Source: Octopus sinensis
Lineage: Eukaryota
Length of the DNA: 64,000 bases
Reading direction: 5' to 3'
Assembly: GCF_006345805.1 (NCBI RefSeq)
Contig: NC_042997.1
Span: 52,080,001-52,144,000 of the forward strand
In this document: positions 37,714-51,700 of the stretch, one piece after another
How positions within the stretch are numbered: the stretch's first letter is position 1
Layout of the letters: the number at the start of each line of letters is the position of its first letter
Translations under genes and position numbers: made by a program
The notes under the pieces: generated by a model
What the model saw: the letters and a program-made list of their open reading frames with translations, nothing else
What the model was told of the DNA's origin: nothing
Database searches by the model: none

Positions 37714-39290
37714 GAGTAAGAAGCAAGATAAAAGAAACAAAATAACAAAACGATACCTATATGAAGCGTGTGTGTCTAGTCACTTACTGTAATGTGTTTT
37801 TTGCATGACATTATTGCCCGAGGTTACTGTGGTCTTTTCCGTAGGCTTTTCTTTCCTAGGATAAACCTAATGTTTTCCCTTTTATATTAAGACGTTTCTG
37901 TGATACACGATCCCTATTGATCGAAATTCTACCACCACCTTTTCTTCTCTTCCCCAAAAGAGAAGCTCTACTTTGTAGTTTGTCCCCTCTGTGTTCAGCC
38001 CTGTGTGGCCAATAAAGAGACATATATATATATATGCTCCTACATACTGGACCGTCTGAAATCGCAGTCAAACTTTTGGGTGTACCTCGACTTGTTGAGA
38101 GTGATGTTTGTTTATTTCTCTCCCCTTAATGCCACCCTCTATACAAAATTGATGAGCGTGTCCAATCTCAGCAAAATCCGAAGAAAAGTACTAAGGTTAT
38201 GCCATAACATAGAATCCATGTGACCATTTGCATCAAAATATCCCATTGACTTTTAAATTCCAATACATTATATAAATAATCGATGCTTCGTATGTCGAAG
38301 TGCTTAATTTTACTCATGGGTCAATTTTCTTCAAAATCAATTCATTATTTTATTGTGAGTGAATTTTGACGATTTCTGCCTTTCACCAGTTTAATTATAA
38401 TTCTACTACATGACTCCGACCATAAACTTTACCTAAATGTCCGATTTCATCAAAATCGGATGAATTCTGTAAAAGTTACAACATAAAATATTAATCCTAC
38501 TTTCAAAATAACCATTCGCAGAATTCATCAGCATCACAATTTCTTTGATAAACATTTCAATATACATATTTACTAACATTGTTGTGGATGCTTCCACACA
38601 CACACACACACGCACACGCACGCACACGCACGCACACGCACGCACACACACAACTAACAAAGCAACGTGGGAAAATTAACTCAAATTACGCAGCTGAATT
38701 AGGCAACCTAACAGAAAAAAACGGAAATACAAAACAAAAATTATATAACCATTCTGTGAGCGTGTACGTACGTACGTGCGTGCGTGCATGTGTGTGCGTG
38801 TGTGTGTGTGAGTGTAAGTGTGTGTGCGTGTGTGTTATGTTTATGCTGTTGAGTGCCAGGATTCGTTGTATCTGATATTCTTTGATGTTGCTGGTAAGAG
38901 AGAGGGTGGATTCGGCAGATGCTACTTTTATTCTATTTATTCGATGGTTGATGTAATACAAGGGGTAGTTGTGTAGCTGTGTCTGTGGTGGGGTGGAACG
39001 AGAGGAGAGGGGGAGAAACCGTGGTGTCAGTTTCCCTCTGAAACTTTAAAGCTTACACCAAAATTCGAATCAAGAAACGAACATTATATCGCACACGTAA
39101 TAATTAACATCAAAATCTTAAGTGAATACACCCAGAAGCAAACTGGATTTACATATGGGAGTTTATCTCAACCTTTACAAGCTAGGAAAAAGCAAAACTC
39201 TACACATGACATGAGTCACAACACTGAATAATGCTTCGCTTCTGTCTCCCGCTTTCTCTAACACACACACACACACACATACACACGCAT

Positions 39291-39337
<47 letters not shown>

Positions 39338-39342
<5 letters not shown>

Positions 39343-39599
39343 CCAGGCTATCAGATGTTGCTACACATCGCTGGTGACAATGCGCTTCGCATTGTTTTAG
39401 CCTTCAAATGACGCCACCCCGCCGGCTAAGCGAGCAGGCCAACAAAAGAAAGAGTGAGAGAAAGTTGTAGTACAGCAGGGATCGCCACCATCCCCTGCCG
39501 GAGCCTCGTGGAGCTTTACGCACAACGCCTGGTCTGGGAATCGAAACCGCGATCCTACGACCGCGAATCCGCTGCCCTAACCACTGGGCCATTGCGCCT

Positions 39600-39601
<2 letters not shown>
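39338..39601 (-). mobile_element. SINE family D
   Basis: Homologous to 18155-18478. Confidence 0.75.
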
Positions 39602-39687
<86 letters not shown>

Positions 39688-39740
39688 TTATAGAAGGAGC
39701 TTCTACAGGACTAGAACTGTTTCATTCAAAAGAAATCATC

Positions 39741-39799
39741 AGGGAGCTTCCTGATGATTTCTTTTGAATGAAACAGTTCTAGTCCTGTAGAAGCTCCTT
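39741..39799 (+). ncRNA. Type I hammerhead ribozyme with intact core, inside an SLC6 intron
   Basis: agggagcttc-CTGATGA-tttcttttgaat-GAA-ACAG-ttctagtc-CTGT-A-gaagctcctt; stem I 10 bp (one G.U), stem II ttc/gaa closed by U.U, stem III 4 bp + 8-nt loop, GUA site after 39789. Confidence 0.78.
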
Positions 39800-39877
39800 C
39801 TATAAAATAAATTAATTTATTCTGCTATGTATTGAGTACCTTATTTACTGTGGTTAACCCCGACTCAACCCGGGACC

Positions 39878-39932
<55 letters not shown>

Positions 39933-40028
39933 GCTCTGAAGATGATAGTATTTGTTAAGGTCGTTCAATATATTCAATCGATCAGTTGAACTCACCTACA
40001 ACGTATATCAAAAACAGCTGTAAGTCTA
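39933..40028 (+). ncRNA. Degenerate hammerhead with long stem II insert (G12 to A)
   Basis: gct-CTGAAGA-tgata...(long loop)...tatca-AAA-ACAGCTGT-A-agt; palindromic stem III, core G12 missing, stem I only 3 bp. Confidence 0.4.
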
Positions 40029-40103
40029 CGATGCACGAGTAAATAAATATATCAAGACCATTATTTATACCTTTTGTGTGTGTTGTGTGTGTGTGTGTGT
40101 GTG

Positions 40104-40137
<34 letters not shown>

Positions 40138-41431
40138 TTATTCAGAAAAACAGAGATAATGCTCTTATCCTTCCGCTCTGGTGAGATCGGTGCAGTTGAT
40201 GTTTAGTTTGATCATCTTTAGGTCAACGTTTTTGGGAAAATGTAGCTAAGAATGGAATGCCAAAAGATACTGGGATAAACGATAAGACAAAGTGATTAAT
40301 GCGATATTTCAGAAGTGCTAGGTAGTAGCGTGATGAACGAGTTGAGATATATGCGTGTTAGGTGTACCTAGGTGAAGAAAATACGTAGGTAGACATTTAG
40401 AAAAAGCAATGGGTTGAAGAGAAAGACAAGAAACAGCGCAACCAACTGTAAGCTATTGATTGAAGTGCGTTGGCGATTGAGTCTTTGTTGAATGGCTTTA
40501 TTTTAGTTATGGTTGTGGATGTTTTTGTGGACAATATTCAGACACACCCTCGACAGCCTTTTATTGAAAGATCACGGAAGAATAATATTAGGTTGTCCCA
40601 AAAGTTCGTTTACACTTGCGAAAATTGAATTTTTACTCGCCAAGTACTAACAAAAACAACAAAAATTATTCCTCAAAATACAGACCATTATTTTCCAAGA
40701 ACTCCTGAAAGATTTAAAGTTTCACATGAGACGCTCAGTGAATGATAACTGTTTGCAATATTTCTTTTGAAGTTTTGAACGGTAAAATGAGTGAAATATA
40801 ATAATAAACAATAAACAAAATCGGAAAAAAACAAGAATTACAACACATGTCCAACTTTAAAAAAAGAAACGCTTATAAATGAATATTGTTTAGAATTTAT
40901 TCGCAACTATTTAAAATGAACCCAGACAAATAGATTAGAATATACAACCCTAATGCGATTGGAAAAAACAAAACTATGTTTTGTTAAAAGTTATGAGATA
41001 CAAACGTGTTCAGAAGATTAAGAAGCTATTTATGAACAGTGATCTTGAAGTAAAGTTTAGCGAAATATAGAAATAAAATAGAAAAGCAAAAACCTGGGTT
41101 GAGTATATTTAGGTCACGAGCGAAAAGGACACGAATAGCAACAAAACTGAGAAAGTTGTGTGCATTATAGATAATAACTTTAAAGTTATTATTAAATATA
41201 TACATCTAATAATTTGTAACCATCTAATCATTAGAGTGGGGAAAAATAATCAGGAAAGGCATTCTTACACACACATGTATATTCGTTTTCAGGAGATGGT
41301 CAGAGGTGGAAGGGGCAGTGTCGATGACTGTTGCAAATTGGCACTTGCAGACTGTACATAGGTAGCTGATTACACAGTGTAATCAGTTCGGCCTCTCCCT
41401 TGTTCTAATATTGTCTTCGTATTGCGAGTTA

Positions 41432-41464
<33 letters not shown>

Positions 41465-42584
41465 AAGAGAGTGAAAGAGAGAAAAAGAGAGAGATGATTT
41501 AGTGGTTGCTTTTCCGCATACATTCTGATTGACTCAAAATAGTAAACAATAGTGAATAAAACGCATTTTTTGATATATTTTGAAAATAATTTGTACCATT
41601 AAAACAACATTTCTTTATGCTTTTATTATTCTTTAAGAGTATTTTTATTATTAGCGAAATAATAAAGTAACAGTCTAAATGTCTGAGATTGAATTTTCGT
41701 GCCCATTAACATTTTGTTTAGAGTGTTTATTTACAAAATTTATAGCTTCATGATAGTTTGATTGTTCCAGGCTAATAATGTTCTTACCTTTATCTGTAAT
41801 TGCATACTACTCATATGTAATAATCTTACCAATGGACTAACGGATAAGAACGTTATTACGTTTAATTCAGAAATAAAAGTTCCTTGTTCGATTCAAGCCT
41901 AAGCCTGAAATTATGTATATTTTTAGGAGTAAGACCTTTGATGAGATTGTGAGACCAAAGTGATCAAAATGTAGATGTAAATATTGGAAATATACCTTCT
42001 AAAGATTAAATTAATAGTCTTCAATCTTGTAATCTTATGAATGTAATATATACTTTTACCATGATGCAATGGGTTGAATTTCAAATACGTGATCTCTCAT
42101 CAAATCAATTGCCAAACAGCTGCAACTCAAGAAAGGTGTAGGGCAGGATTCATAACAGTCGAATTGTTGACAGGAACTTCGCTACGGGCTAGCTAGGAGG
42201 GAGTTGGTCGGCAGCGAAGTGGACTTTCGGATTGAGAAGAAATAATGTTAGCAATGAGCGGTAACTGAATCTGAATTAACTAACTAATTAGAAATAACTG
42301 GCGACTTAACTCCTGATGTACGTAAAGAAGTAAACTTTTGACAAATATATTCTCGTCTCCACTAGTTTATTGTGTATAGCTTAACAAAGCTATAAAGGTA
42401 TAAATATTTTCCCAAATGAAGTAAAATCCAGATTTAGGAATCTCTCAATGTTATTCTTGACAATTTTGTATCTCCTTTTAATTAATTCTATTGACTAGTA
42501 AAACAAATGTTCTTGTAAGATCTACAAAGCAGAGTTATGATCATCCTATCTTATGATACATACGTACATATGTATGTATGTGTG

Positions 42585-42705
42585 TGTGTGTATGTATGTA
42601 TGTATGTATGTATGTATGTATGTATGTATGTATGTATGTATGTATGTAGGTAGGTAGGTAGGTAGGTAGGTAGGTAGGTTGGTAGGTTGGTAGGTAGGTA
42701 GGTAT
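42585..42705. repeat. Compound microsatellite (TATG)n to (TAGG)n
   Basis: Direct reading; ends about 45 nt before the acceptor at 42750. One example of dozens of (TA)n, (CA)n, (TATG)n and (TAA)n tracts in the window. Confidence 0.9.
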
Positions 42706-42750
42706 ATATATATTTATATATATGTACATGTATTCAATTTATAATTGCAG

Positions 42751-42885
42751 GTGATGTACGTCACAGCAACAAGTCCGTACATATTCATGTTAATTCTTCT
42801 AATCCGAGGAAGTTTGCTGCCAGGTGCAAAGGAAGGCATCATTTTCTACTTAAAGCCCAATTTTGAACGGCTTAAAGATATTCAG
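42751..42885 (+). CDS. SLC6 transporter exon (TM5 + EL3)
   Basis: Acceptor ttgcag|GTG, donor CAG|gtagaa; [45 protein letters not shown]; 135 bp. Confidence 0.96.
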
Positions 42886-43251
42886 GTAGAAATCTTTCCT
42901 TAATCTTTTACAAAAATATTTGACTTCTTTTCACCCTCCACTAATTTGCTATTTTCTTTCTCTTTCTCTTTCTGTCTTCTCAATCCTCCCCTATTTCTTT
43001 CTATTTATTCCATTCTCTTTATACTCCTCTATCAATCTTCTCTCTCATCACTTCACTCAGTGTCTATCTCTTCTAATACTCATGTCGTCTCTGACTTCCT
43101 TTCTATCTGACTAATAACCTTAAGATGGTGGTATCTTTTGGTTATCCAAAGTCGGAGATGGCATAGCTAACTAGACCACTTGCTAACCGAACAAATGAGG
43201 TAAAGGACAACCAAATTGTTTATTTCTTTCATTTTCGTATTTCTGTTTTAG

Positions 43252-43355
43252 GTGTGGGTGGATGCAGGATCGCAAATTTTCTTCTCCTACTCTATATCCC
43301 TTGGAGCCCTCACGGCATTGGGTAGCTACAATGTCTTCAACCATAATTGTTTCAG
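43252..43355 (+). CDS. SLC6 transporter exon (TM6)
   Basis: Acceptor gttttag|GTG, donor AG|gtaatt; [34 protein letters not shown](R); 104 bp. Confidence 0.96.
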
Positions 43356-43832
43356 GTAATTTATTTCTTGCCAGAGCCATCAATGTTAATTTGGTCCTGT
43401 GCAATTAATACTTCTGGTAAGTTTATTATGCACTGGACATAACATACACGAAATGTGTTTTTAGATGGTTCCAGCTTTTATTTAATCTTACAAAAGACTG
43501 CAGTTTACTTCATTTTTATTATTATTTTTTAATGTTCATTTTTGTTTCAAGTTATTCAGTTAACTTCGTAGTTTTAATAACTCTGGCTCTGATGTTATTT
43601 TCACAGAAGTTTTGTGAAAGAAGCATTTTTATACAGGCAGACATTTTTTCTTTTTTCTTTTTCGGTTGAAAAATATTGAATTTTTATATAGCTTATATCA
43701 ACACATTTTTATGTGCCCCATTTACTTAACTTAATGAATAGAATATGAACGTTAAACTCTTTTCATTTATGAATGTCATTCCTATTTTTGTATGTGTGTA
43801 TGTGCACGCGTAAGTTTGTAGTGTGTGTATGT

Positions 43833-43922
43833 GTATGTGATCTTGCGTGTGCATGTGATCTTGCGTTTGCATGTGATCTTGCGTGTGTATGTGATCTTGC
43901 GTGTGTATGTGATCGTGCGTGT
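43833..43922. repeat. 18-bp minisatellite x5
   Basis: Unit gYatgtgatcttgcgtgt repeated five times. Confidence 0.9.
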
Positions 43923-46349
43923 TTTTGTATGTGCGTGGAAGGATAGACCAAGAACGGTTTTTGGTAGTGAATATATGATTAAAAATTATCTTAGTAACGT
44001 GGTATCGTTGTTATTAATTACACCACGTATTTCTGTAAGAAAGAACAACTTAGGAAAAACAAAATTTGTAGGTAATGAACAGCGATTTGGACCTTTCGAG
44101 CTGTTTGGCATAAATGGCAAATATATATATAATAAAACATAATGCTTGCCACAAATTTTTAGAAACGGACTTTTAAATTTATTGGCTAAATTTATTCATT
44201 AAAAATTTCATCCGTTTATATAATTATGCTATTTTGAATTTCATATTAATTTAACAGATTGTATTGAAATATTTTGCAAAGAAAGTTTAATGATACAAAA
44301 AGGAACTGTTTTGATGGGAGACATCAGACAAATTACTATAGGATAATGCAGCAGTTAGACTTTGGTGATAGAACTCCAAAATATATTTTCATTGAACAGG
44401 TTTCACAAAATTTCTAATAAATATAACACAGACTACACTAACATTAATAATAACATTGACAAAATATGTTCTGGTGTTTTGGTTGCGGAAAGACAGTATT
44501 GATAAACTACAAAAATTTAAGCAATTGGAATGAATATGTAGATACTCTTACACACTTCATCACTATTTTATTTCATTTACATCTCGGACGTCTCATCTAT
44601 TTCAATTGGAAAATATATGAAGAAATTTGTGGTTGTTTCCACTATAGAGTATGAATGCCTGCATCATAATTAAATTCCAAAGCAAGTTCCACAAATCATT
44701 ACAATGAGTCTATGCATTTAGGTTGTGAGCTGCGTTGCAATTGCGAAGTCTTTTGTGTTTTCGGTTGGGTGTAACACGTAAGAGCACAAAAATTGTCAAT
44801 TTAGCCACAAGTTCAATTAGTAAATTTATGCTTAGACTGAACTAGCAGTTCTACGAACGTAGTGGAGCAATTCAAATCAGACAAGAGTTATTCAAATTGA
44901 TTATACAGCTCAGTAACTCGTTAGCTATTCCAGGGACCTTCTTCCATATAACCTTTTAACACTGAAAGAGCTGTGTTTTCCAGTTTTATGAGTCTGTATA
45001 GCTTAAGGCAAAACGAGGGAGTGACAATAGAGGTATAAACTTTACAACATAAACATTACTTGATGGTTCACTGGTTCTTTTGATTTCGAATATGATTCTC
45101 GTGTGACACTTGCCTGGACTAGTTTTTAAGCTGAATGTTAGAGCTTTAAAATGTTCTATTTAAGAAAAAAAGAAAAACGAACAAATGTAGTCTAAAAATA
45201 AGGAACAATTTAAGAATTGAGTTCAATTATAAGAAATTTGAAACTGAATTGTGTGTATGTTAAAATGAACTAGTCAATAACATGTGCTAATACGTAAAAC
45301 CATTCAAGTGAAAAGATATCAACAGTAAACAACAAATTTTAGATATATAAAATATAGTTCTAATAATACTTATTGTTGAGGGTTACTGAAATCATGCACA
45401 TCAAAAATAATTCATTTCAGCTTAAAGGAAAATATTCTTAAAGATATCTATAAGACTGGAAATCATTTGCTTTGTATGGGTATAAAAATGTTCGCATGAA
45501 GAACTAATATTGAACTTTTTAGTCTCGTATAGCTTAAGAAATAAGTTCAATTAAAAAGTAAGAAAATTCTTTTGCATGGCTTAGTTAGAGAAAGAAGGGG
45601 TACATTTACCACCCTTTTCAGAGTCTCCAACACAGGTCCAGGAAAGCTATCCTCTAACTGGAACCCTATTTCCAACTATAAGTATCCAAAGACTAGGGCT
45701 AGGCGGTGGTGTTAAACCAGGTAGCGGGTTAAATCTACCCCACCCACCCACAAGAACAGGAATGTATCAGCAGATTGGTTTCCGCAGGTTTTACCTATCG
45801 TATTTCATTCTTATTAAATTTGAAATCAGGAAGCTATGAAGTGCAATCTTAAACACAGTCATTTTAATAGATCAAATCCATGTCTATTTTTTCATAATTT
45901 ATTCATTTAAAACTATATATATTATATAGATATACATATTTGTGTGTGTATGTGTGTGTGTGTGTGTATGTGTGTGTGTATGTGTGTGTGTGTTGAAGGC
46001 TCATATTCCAGTGGTTAGGTGTTTGATTCATGATCATAAGGCCATAGGACCAGAATGAGGTGAGGAGGTGCTATTGTGTCTTGGGGTAAGCCACGTCATT
46101 TCACGCTGCTCCAGTCTACTTAGCTGAAAATGAGTTCCAATCAACAGATTGCGGGTACATCATTCTCTACCTCCAGCTGTCACATCACAGATGTTCCACT
46201 GAGTAAATGATGTAAGGAACATGAGGGTGACTATGCTTCGGACTACATAGACACCTTAAACAATTGGCGAAAGTGTTGTACAAGCTATCATGCGATATTT
46301 ACTTGCAAATATCAGCTAATTTTACACACACACGCATGCACCCACGCGT

Positions 46350-46381
<32 letters not shown>

Positions 46382-46671
46382 ATACATATATACGTACATC
46401 CATACATATATATACATACATGCATACATATACATACATATATATATATATACGTAGGAAAAGAAAAAGTCTGTATTTTACACATGAAAAGTGGGCTATC
46501 TTCAAGGATAACAGTGTGAATAAAAAATGTGCTGATTGCCATGTACAAGTTCAGTTCATTTGGATATTCGGAGACAAAGTATACATATTATTTTGCCTGT
46601 ATATTTGTGTGTGGAAGTTTATAAACTGCAGTCTGAGACAAACACTCGATTTCAGTTCTTATAAACACAAA

Positions 46672-46728
<57 letters not shown>

Positions 46729-47076
46729 ACACACTCACACACACACACATCCGAATATATATGTAACAGATTAGGTGATAGAATCTTGTCCAACTATATT
46801 GCTGTGACTTTACGTATATATGAAATCTTTAGCAAAACATTTTCTTCCAGAAGAGAAACTGTGTTGAATTTAACAATTTAAAATGAATCTGAGCACGTTT
46901 CCTAATAAAACAAATTATTATCAAAATTACTTTCTATTTTCACCCAATTATTATCATAATTTGAATAATTTCCAAATAAAATGAAACGAAGGAAGTAAAT
47001 TCATTGCATTCAAGTGCTTGTCGTAAAATTCTAGAATATTCAATGACAAACACCAACGAAAAATTCAGTAGACTTT

Positions 47077-47167
47077 GTCACCTTGGGCAAGTGTCTTCAA
47101 CTATAGCCTCGGGCCGACCAAAGCCTTATGAGTGAATTTGGTAGACGTAAACTAAAAGAAACCCGTC

Positions 47168-47253
<86 letters not shown>

Positions 47254-47470
47254 GTGTACATATGTTTGTGTGTCTGTGTTCGTCCCCCCAACATCGCTTG
47301 ACAACCGATGTTGGTGTGTTTACGTCCCCATAACTTAGCAGTTCGGCAAAAGAGACCGATAGAATAAGTACTAGGCTTACAAAGAATAAGTCCTGGGGCC
47401 GATTTGCTCGACTAAAGGCGGTGCTCCAGCATGGCCGCAGTCAAACGACTGAAATAAGTAAAAAGAAATA
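47077..47470 (+). mobile_element. SINE family A, 5'-truncated
   Basis: Body and tail match 19461-19852. Confidence 0.8.
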
Positions 47471-48408
47471 TTCTAATACAAATATACCGGAGTCTATTCA
47501 GCTTGCTTTTATACTTTGTGTGTATGTGTGTGTGTGTTTGTGTGCGTGCGTGCGTGCGTGCATGCTGTGTGTGTGTGTGTGTAAGCGTGCGGGCGCGTGT
47601 ATATGAAAATTAACATTTTTTTTACTAGTTGAAACCCCATTTATATGACATATAGTTATAGACGTATGAACTTTGTTTGCATTTAGCAGACATTTAATAT
47701 ATTTAACAAAGTTACAAACACCAATTTTACTATTTTCTATTAGGTCATTGCCTCAGTGTTACATTGCAATATCGAGAGACAAAAATTCGTTGTTGTATTT
47801 GGTGTCTTTCTCCCTTTAAAATCGGAGTTTACATTTCTGCCAAGTTTGCTTTGCTGTTTATCTTTCGAGAACTGACAAAATATAAATAGTATTGAGGTAC
47901 TGAGGTTGATTTGACCATCTACACATTTTCCCATGTGATAAATTTACGAATCGCTAAGAGTATTTAAGGGTGAGCCCGTTGCCTGTAGGGTTACTATGAA
48001 AATCATACTGTTGATGCTGAATGCAGAACTGTTTATTATACAGACAAATGCTTATATGGCTAGATGTGAGTGTGTGCTATAGAGACTAAAACTAAGGCCG
48101 TACATGATTTGGTAGCATGTACGATGCTTTCTCTAATTGTTTTAGGTGCTCATGTGTTCGCGAGCTTCTCGACTCTCCCACCTTTCACACAGTGAATTAT
48201 ACAGGTTGTAACAGCTGGAGAGAGAGAGAGAGAGAGAGAGGGTGGGGAGATGACTGTACCAATACTGGTACTTTTTTTTATTGATTTCGAAAGGATCAAA
48301 GGTGAAGCTGGAATCAATAAGATTTGAACTCAGAGAGATTACCTAAAGCGAAACAAATATTGCACCCCCATGGTGTCCAGTGTTCAAAATGCTTTCCCAT
48401 TGACTGAA

Positions 48409-48723
48409 CGAGGTGCGTTCAAAAATAATCTAACTTTATTTTTCTCGCCAAAACTAATGCCGCGTAGGCAAGATCCTTTGGGTGGAAGGTTACCCCCACT
48501 CTGTCTGCGCATGCGTAAAAATGTTCACACCGGTAAGCCGCGTCAGCTGCCAGCTGTTACGTCTAGAGTATAGACGAATGTGCGCTCGTCGGATTTTCGG
48601 GGCGAAAATTTTTACGCATGCGCAGGAAGGGTGGCGTCACCTCCCACCTAAAGGATTTTACCCACGTGGCATTAGTTTCGGCGGGAAAAAAAATGAAGTC
48701 AGATACTTTTTGAACGCATCTCG
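48409..48723. mobile_element. Tc1/mariner-derived MITE
   Basis: Long imperfect TIRs starting cgaggtgcgttcaaaaa and ending tttttgaacgcatctcg, followed by TA; the left TA is mutated to AA. Confidence 0.72.
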
Positions 48724-51700
48724 TATATGTCATAAACCTAAGTTTGTACTCTCTTACAAATGTCGTGTTATGGCTTCGCATAAACCGCTTATATATGTAC
48801 TATGCCCAAATTGGGTCAGATGTATAAATATTTTCTTCATAAATTACAATGAAACAGCCAAATAAGGATTCGAAAGCTTAAAAAATTCTCGATCGTTATC
48901 ATTCGAGATGAACAAACTGTGTATATTATTATCAAATCCTTTATGTGCGTAGTTTTGTGTAAGTTGAGGGGTAGGGGAATAAGTTTGAATTATATTAAAT
49001 TCAAATATCTTTGACTTTACTATGTCTGTGATTGTCTTTGTGATTGCTTTATAATCTCTCATTTTTGTTACATTTTCTCAGTTGATTGATTCCATTCAGA
49101 ATCAAACATATACTGAACGCTTGGGTGTAGATATTCAGTATAATATTTACAGATACATACACCCGATCACAGTTAGACATATACATGAACGCGCACACTC
49201 ATACACGTTGTCTAATATTCATCCCTCTATTTTCCAATCGCCTTCTCTGAACCCTGACTATATTCAGTAGAATTCCCCAAATACCCATCATTTAGAGAAA
49301 ATCTTTCTTTTATATCTCTGTATCGCTGTTTGCCATCTGTATTTGTCTGCTATGAACCTATAATAGTTCATGCTAGATATACACGGAAGAAAAATATGTT
49401 AGCCAAACATATATATATATTGTTAGTCATAAGTATGTCTTGTTTGCAAGACATATTACTTATTACTAACTCAAAGTAAGTATTTATTTTTTAATTATAT
49501 GCAATCATATCTCAGGATCCTCTTTTCCATTTTTGGAATGTATCTTTTTTTTTTTTTTTTGGTTAATTTTTGTTTTGTGTGTTTATTAAATTGTTCAGTT
49601 TGAGTACACAATTTCGACTCCTGTCTCCAAAAAAAGACGCCGAAGAAATTGGAGAGGAGTTAAACCAGAACGCTGAAGGAGGTAAGCAAATGGTGAGATC
49701 AAGTGTGCTACATTTTTACGGATAAATATTTTCAAAATATGGCTTCCCGTATTGAGCATAGTGCTTTCTTTCAACTGCAGAAGACTGGATTTTGAAAAAT
49801 AAGAAAGAATGTATAATCTGTTGAACCTTCAAGTGACCCAAGCAATTTTTCATCTCATATTCATTTTGTCTTTATAAATGTCATCTTCGTCACCTTTGAG
49901 ATATATCTAGTCAGATATATTTTAATGCTGACTTAAGATTAGCAAATCAATGTAAGATATTGAGAATTTTAATTCTACCCCAGGTCAGAGTCAGTCACAC
50001 CTGAGACGTAGTTACCTGAGATATTATGTAGCCTTCTATCTCTGAGCTCTTCCTATGTAGTATCATTCATACTATCAATAGTTATTTTACTTAAGTACCA
50101 AATCACTTTTCCTCTTTGGATATGTTAATATTTGAAATAAATAATTATATTCTTCATTTGTAATACCTTAGATTCATGCTATGTTATATCATATCTAGTT
50201 TTGTTTTTTCTCATCATCACTTAAAGACTAATCTTAATATAATTAGATTATTTTCAACAATCAGAGAAAACATGAATGAAAATCGATCATTGTACAGTAC
50301 TTAGAATTATAATTTAAAATAATTTTACAATAATAGTGAAATTATTATTATTGTTTTTGTTTTATTATGTTTTTTTTTTGTAACAAGCAACTGTAATTAT
50401 CACACGAGTGGCAAATGCTGTTAAATAAACGGTACGCTCTTTGTGAGATTTGACTGAAGCAGTAGAAAGGGATTTTATCAGGAAATGATAGGGTCTTCCA
50501 TCAACTGAAAATCGAAACCGGGACCCTTTCTACTGTTGCAATCAAATCTCACTCATTTGTGAGTCACTTCACTTCTGAGCTAAAATCTGCTAGAATAAAA
50601 TATTCTTAAACATTATATTACGCCTAAATTACGTTTCCATGTTAAATTAGAGATTTAAAGTTACTAAATTGATAATACATTATAAAACTTATAAATCAAT
50701 TTTGACAAGTCAGCGTGTCGACAATGTTAATTCAAAAATGTTGATATCACTAAACAGATACCTGTTCTAGATAAACTACACCTGCACTTCAGTTTTATTT
50801 TGGAAACATATCTAATATTTGTAATGTGTCTAGGAATTAATATAGACATGTAGTCATAAATCTCTGACTGATGATGTCATGGCAGCTAAAAATACGCCCT
50901 AAGTATATCATCTACTTGAGCTTAAAACAACACAGATTTCAGCGCATTTTCTAATTTATCCTAATTTATCTCAGCCACACATAATTAAATATTAAATAGA
51001 TATTAAAATTGTATATTAGATAACCGATATATATCTTTAAAAAGGTTAGGGATGAGGCTAGTACAGTCGTTGAATTTCTACAGCCAAGAAAGTGACGTCG
51101 AAATTGTAGTAAACAACAAATTCTTCCAAACGGGTTTTCTTTTATGAAAAGCGTCTAACTATCGATTGATGACATCTCATTTATGCATTTATTCCCCACC
51201 CCACCTACCCCAACTTTTATTATAGAAATGATCAAACCAACAACAGATTATACATTTGGAAAGTGATGTCCAGCACGAATTTTTTGTCACACTAAGACAA
51301 AACATGATCAAACAAAATGAATAAACCCAAAGAAATTTTTTAAATCATTTGATTAAAAAAAATGTAATGGACTGCTTTAATTATTAGAAGTCATGGGTAG
51401 GGGGTTAATCTTCAAACGAATCTGAATTTAATTTTGATATTAGTATTTTCTGAAACAGTGTGAAACAGTGTTCACATGCACACGATGTACGCAAAAGGCC
51501 GCTATATTGAAATAGCGATATATTAAAATGAATGCCATTTACGTATATATTGATGTTTGTTTTTATGTTAAGTTATATATAAAACAATTTATCCTTAAAC
51601 TAAAGGAGTACTCAATACTTTTTAGTAGAGTATATATTTGTTAATCTTTACAAGGAAAAGATTTGCAATAACTTCGAAATTTCGACTTTTTCTCCTCACA

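Noticed and set aside
38840-38990. Possible Penelope GIY-YIG C-terminus on the minus strand (…KEYQIQRILALN…)
   Set aside because: Similarity is too weak to call by eye; would need an HMM search against PLE endonucleases.
40405-40460. GAAACAG..CTGT-A-AGCTA resembling an HHR 3' half
   Set aside because: No matching 5' core with paired stems I and II nearby.
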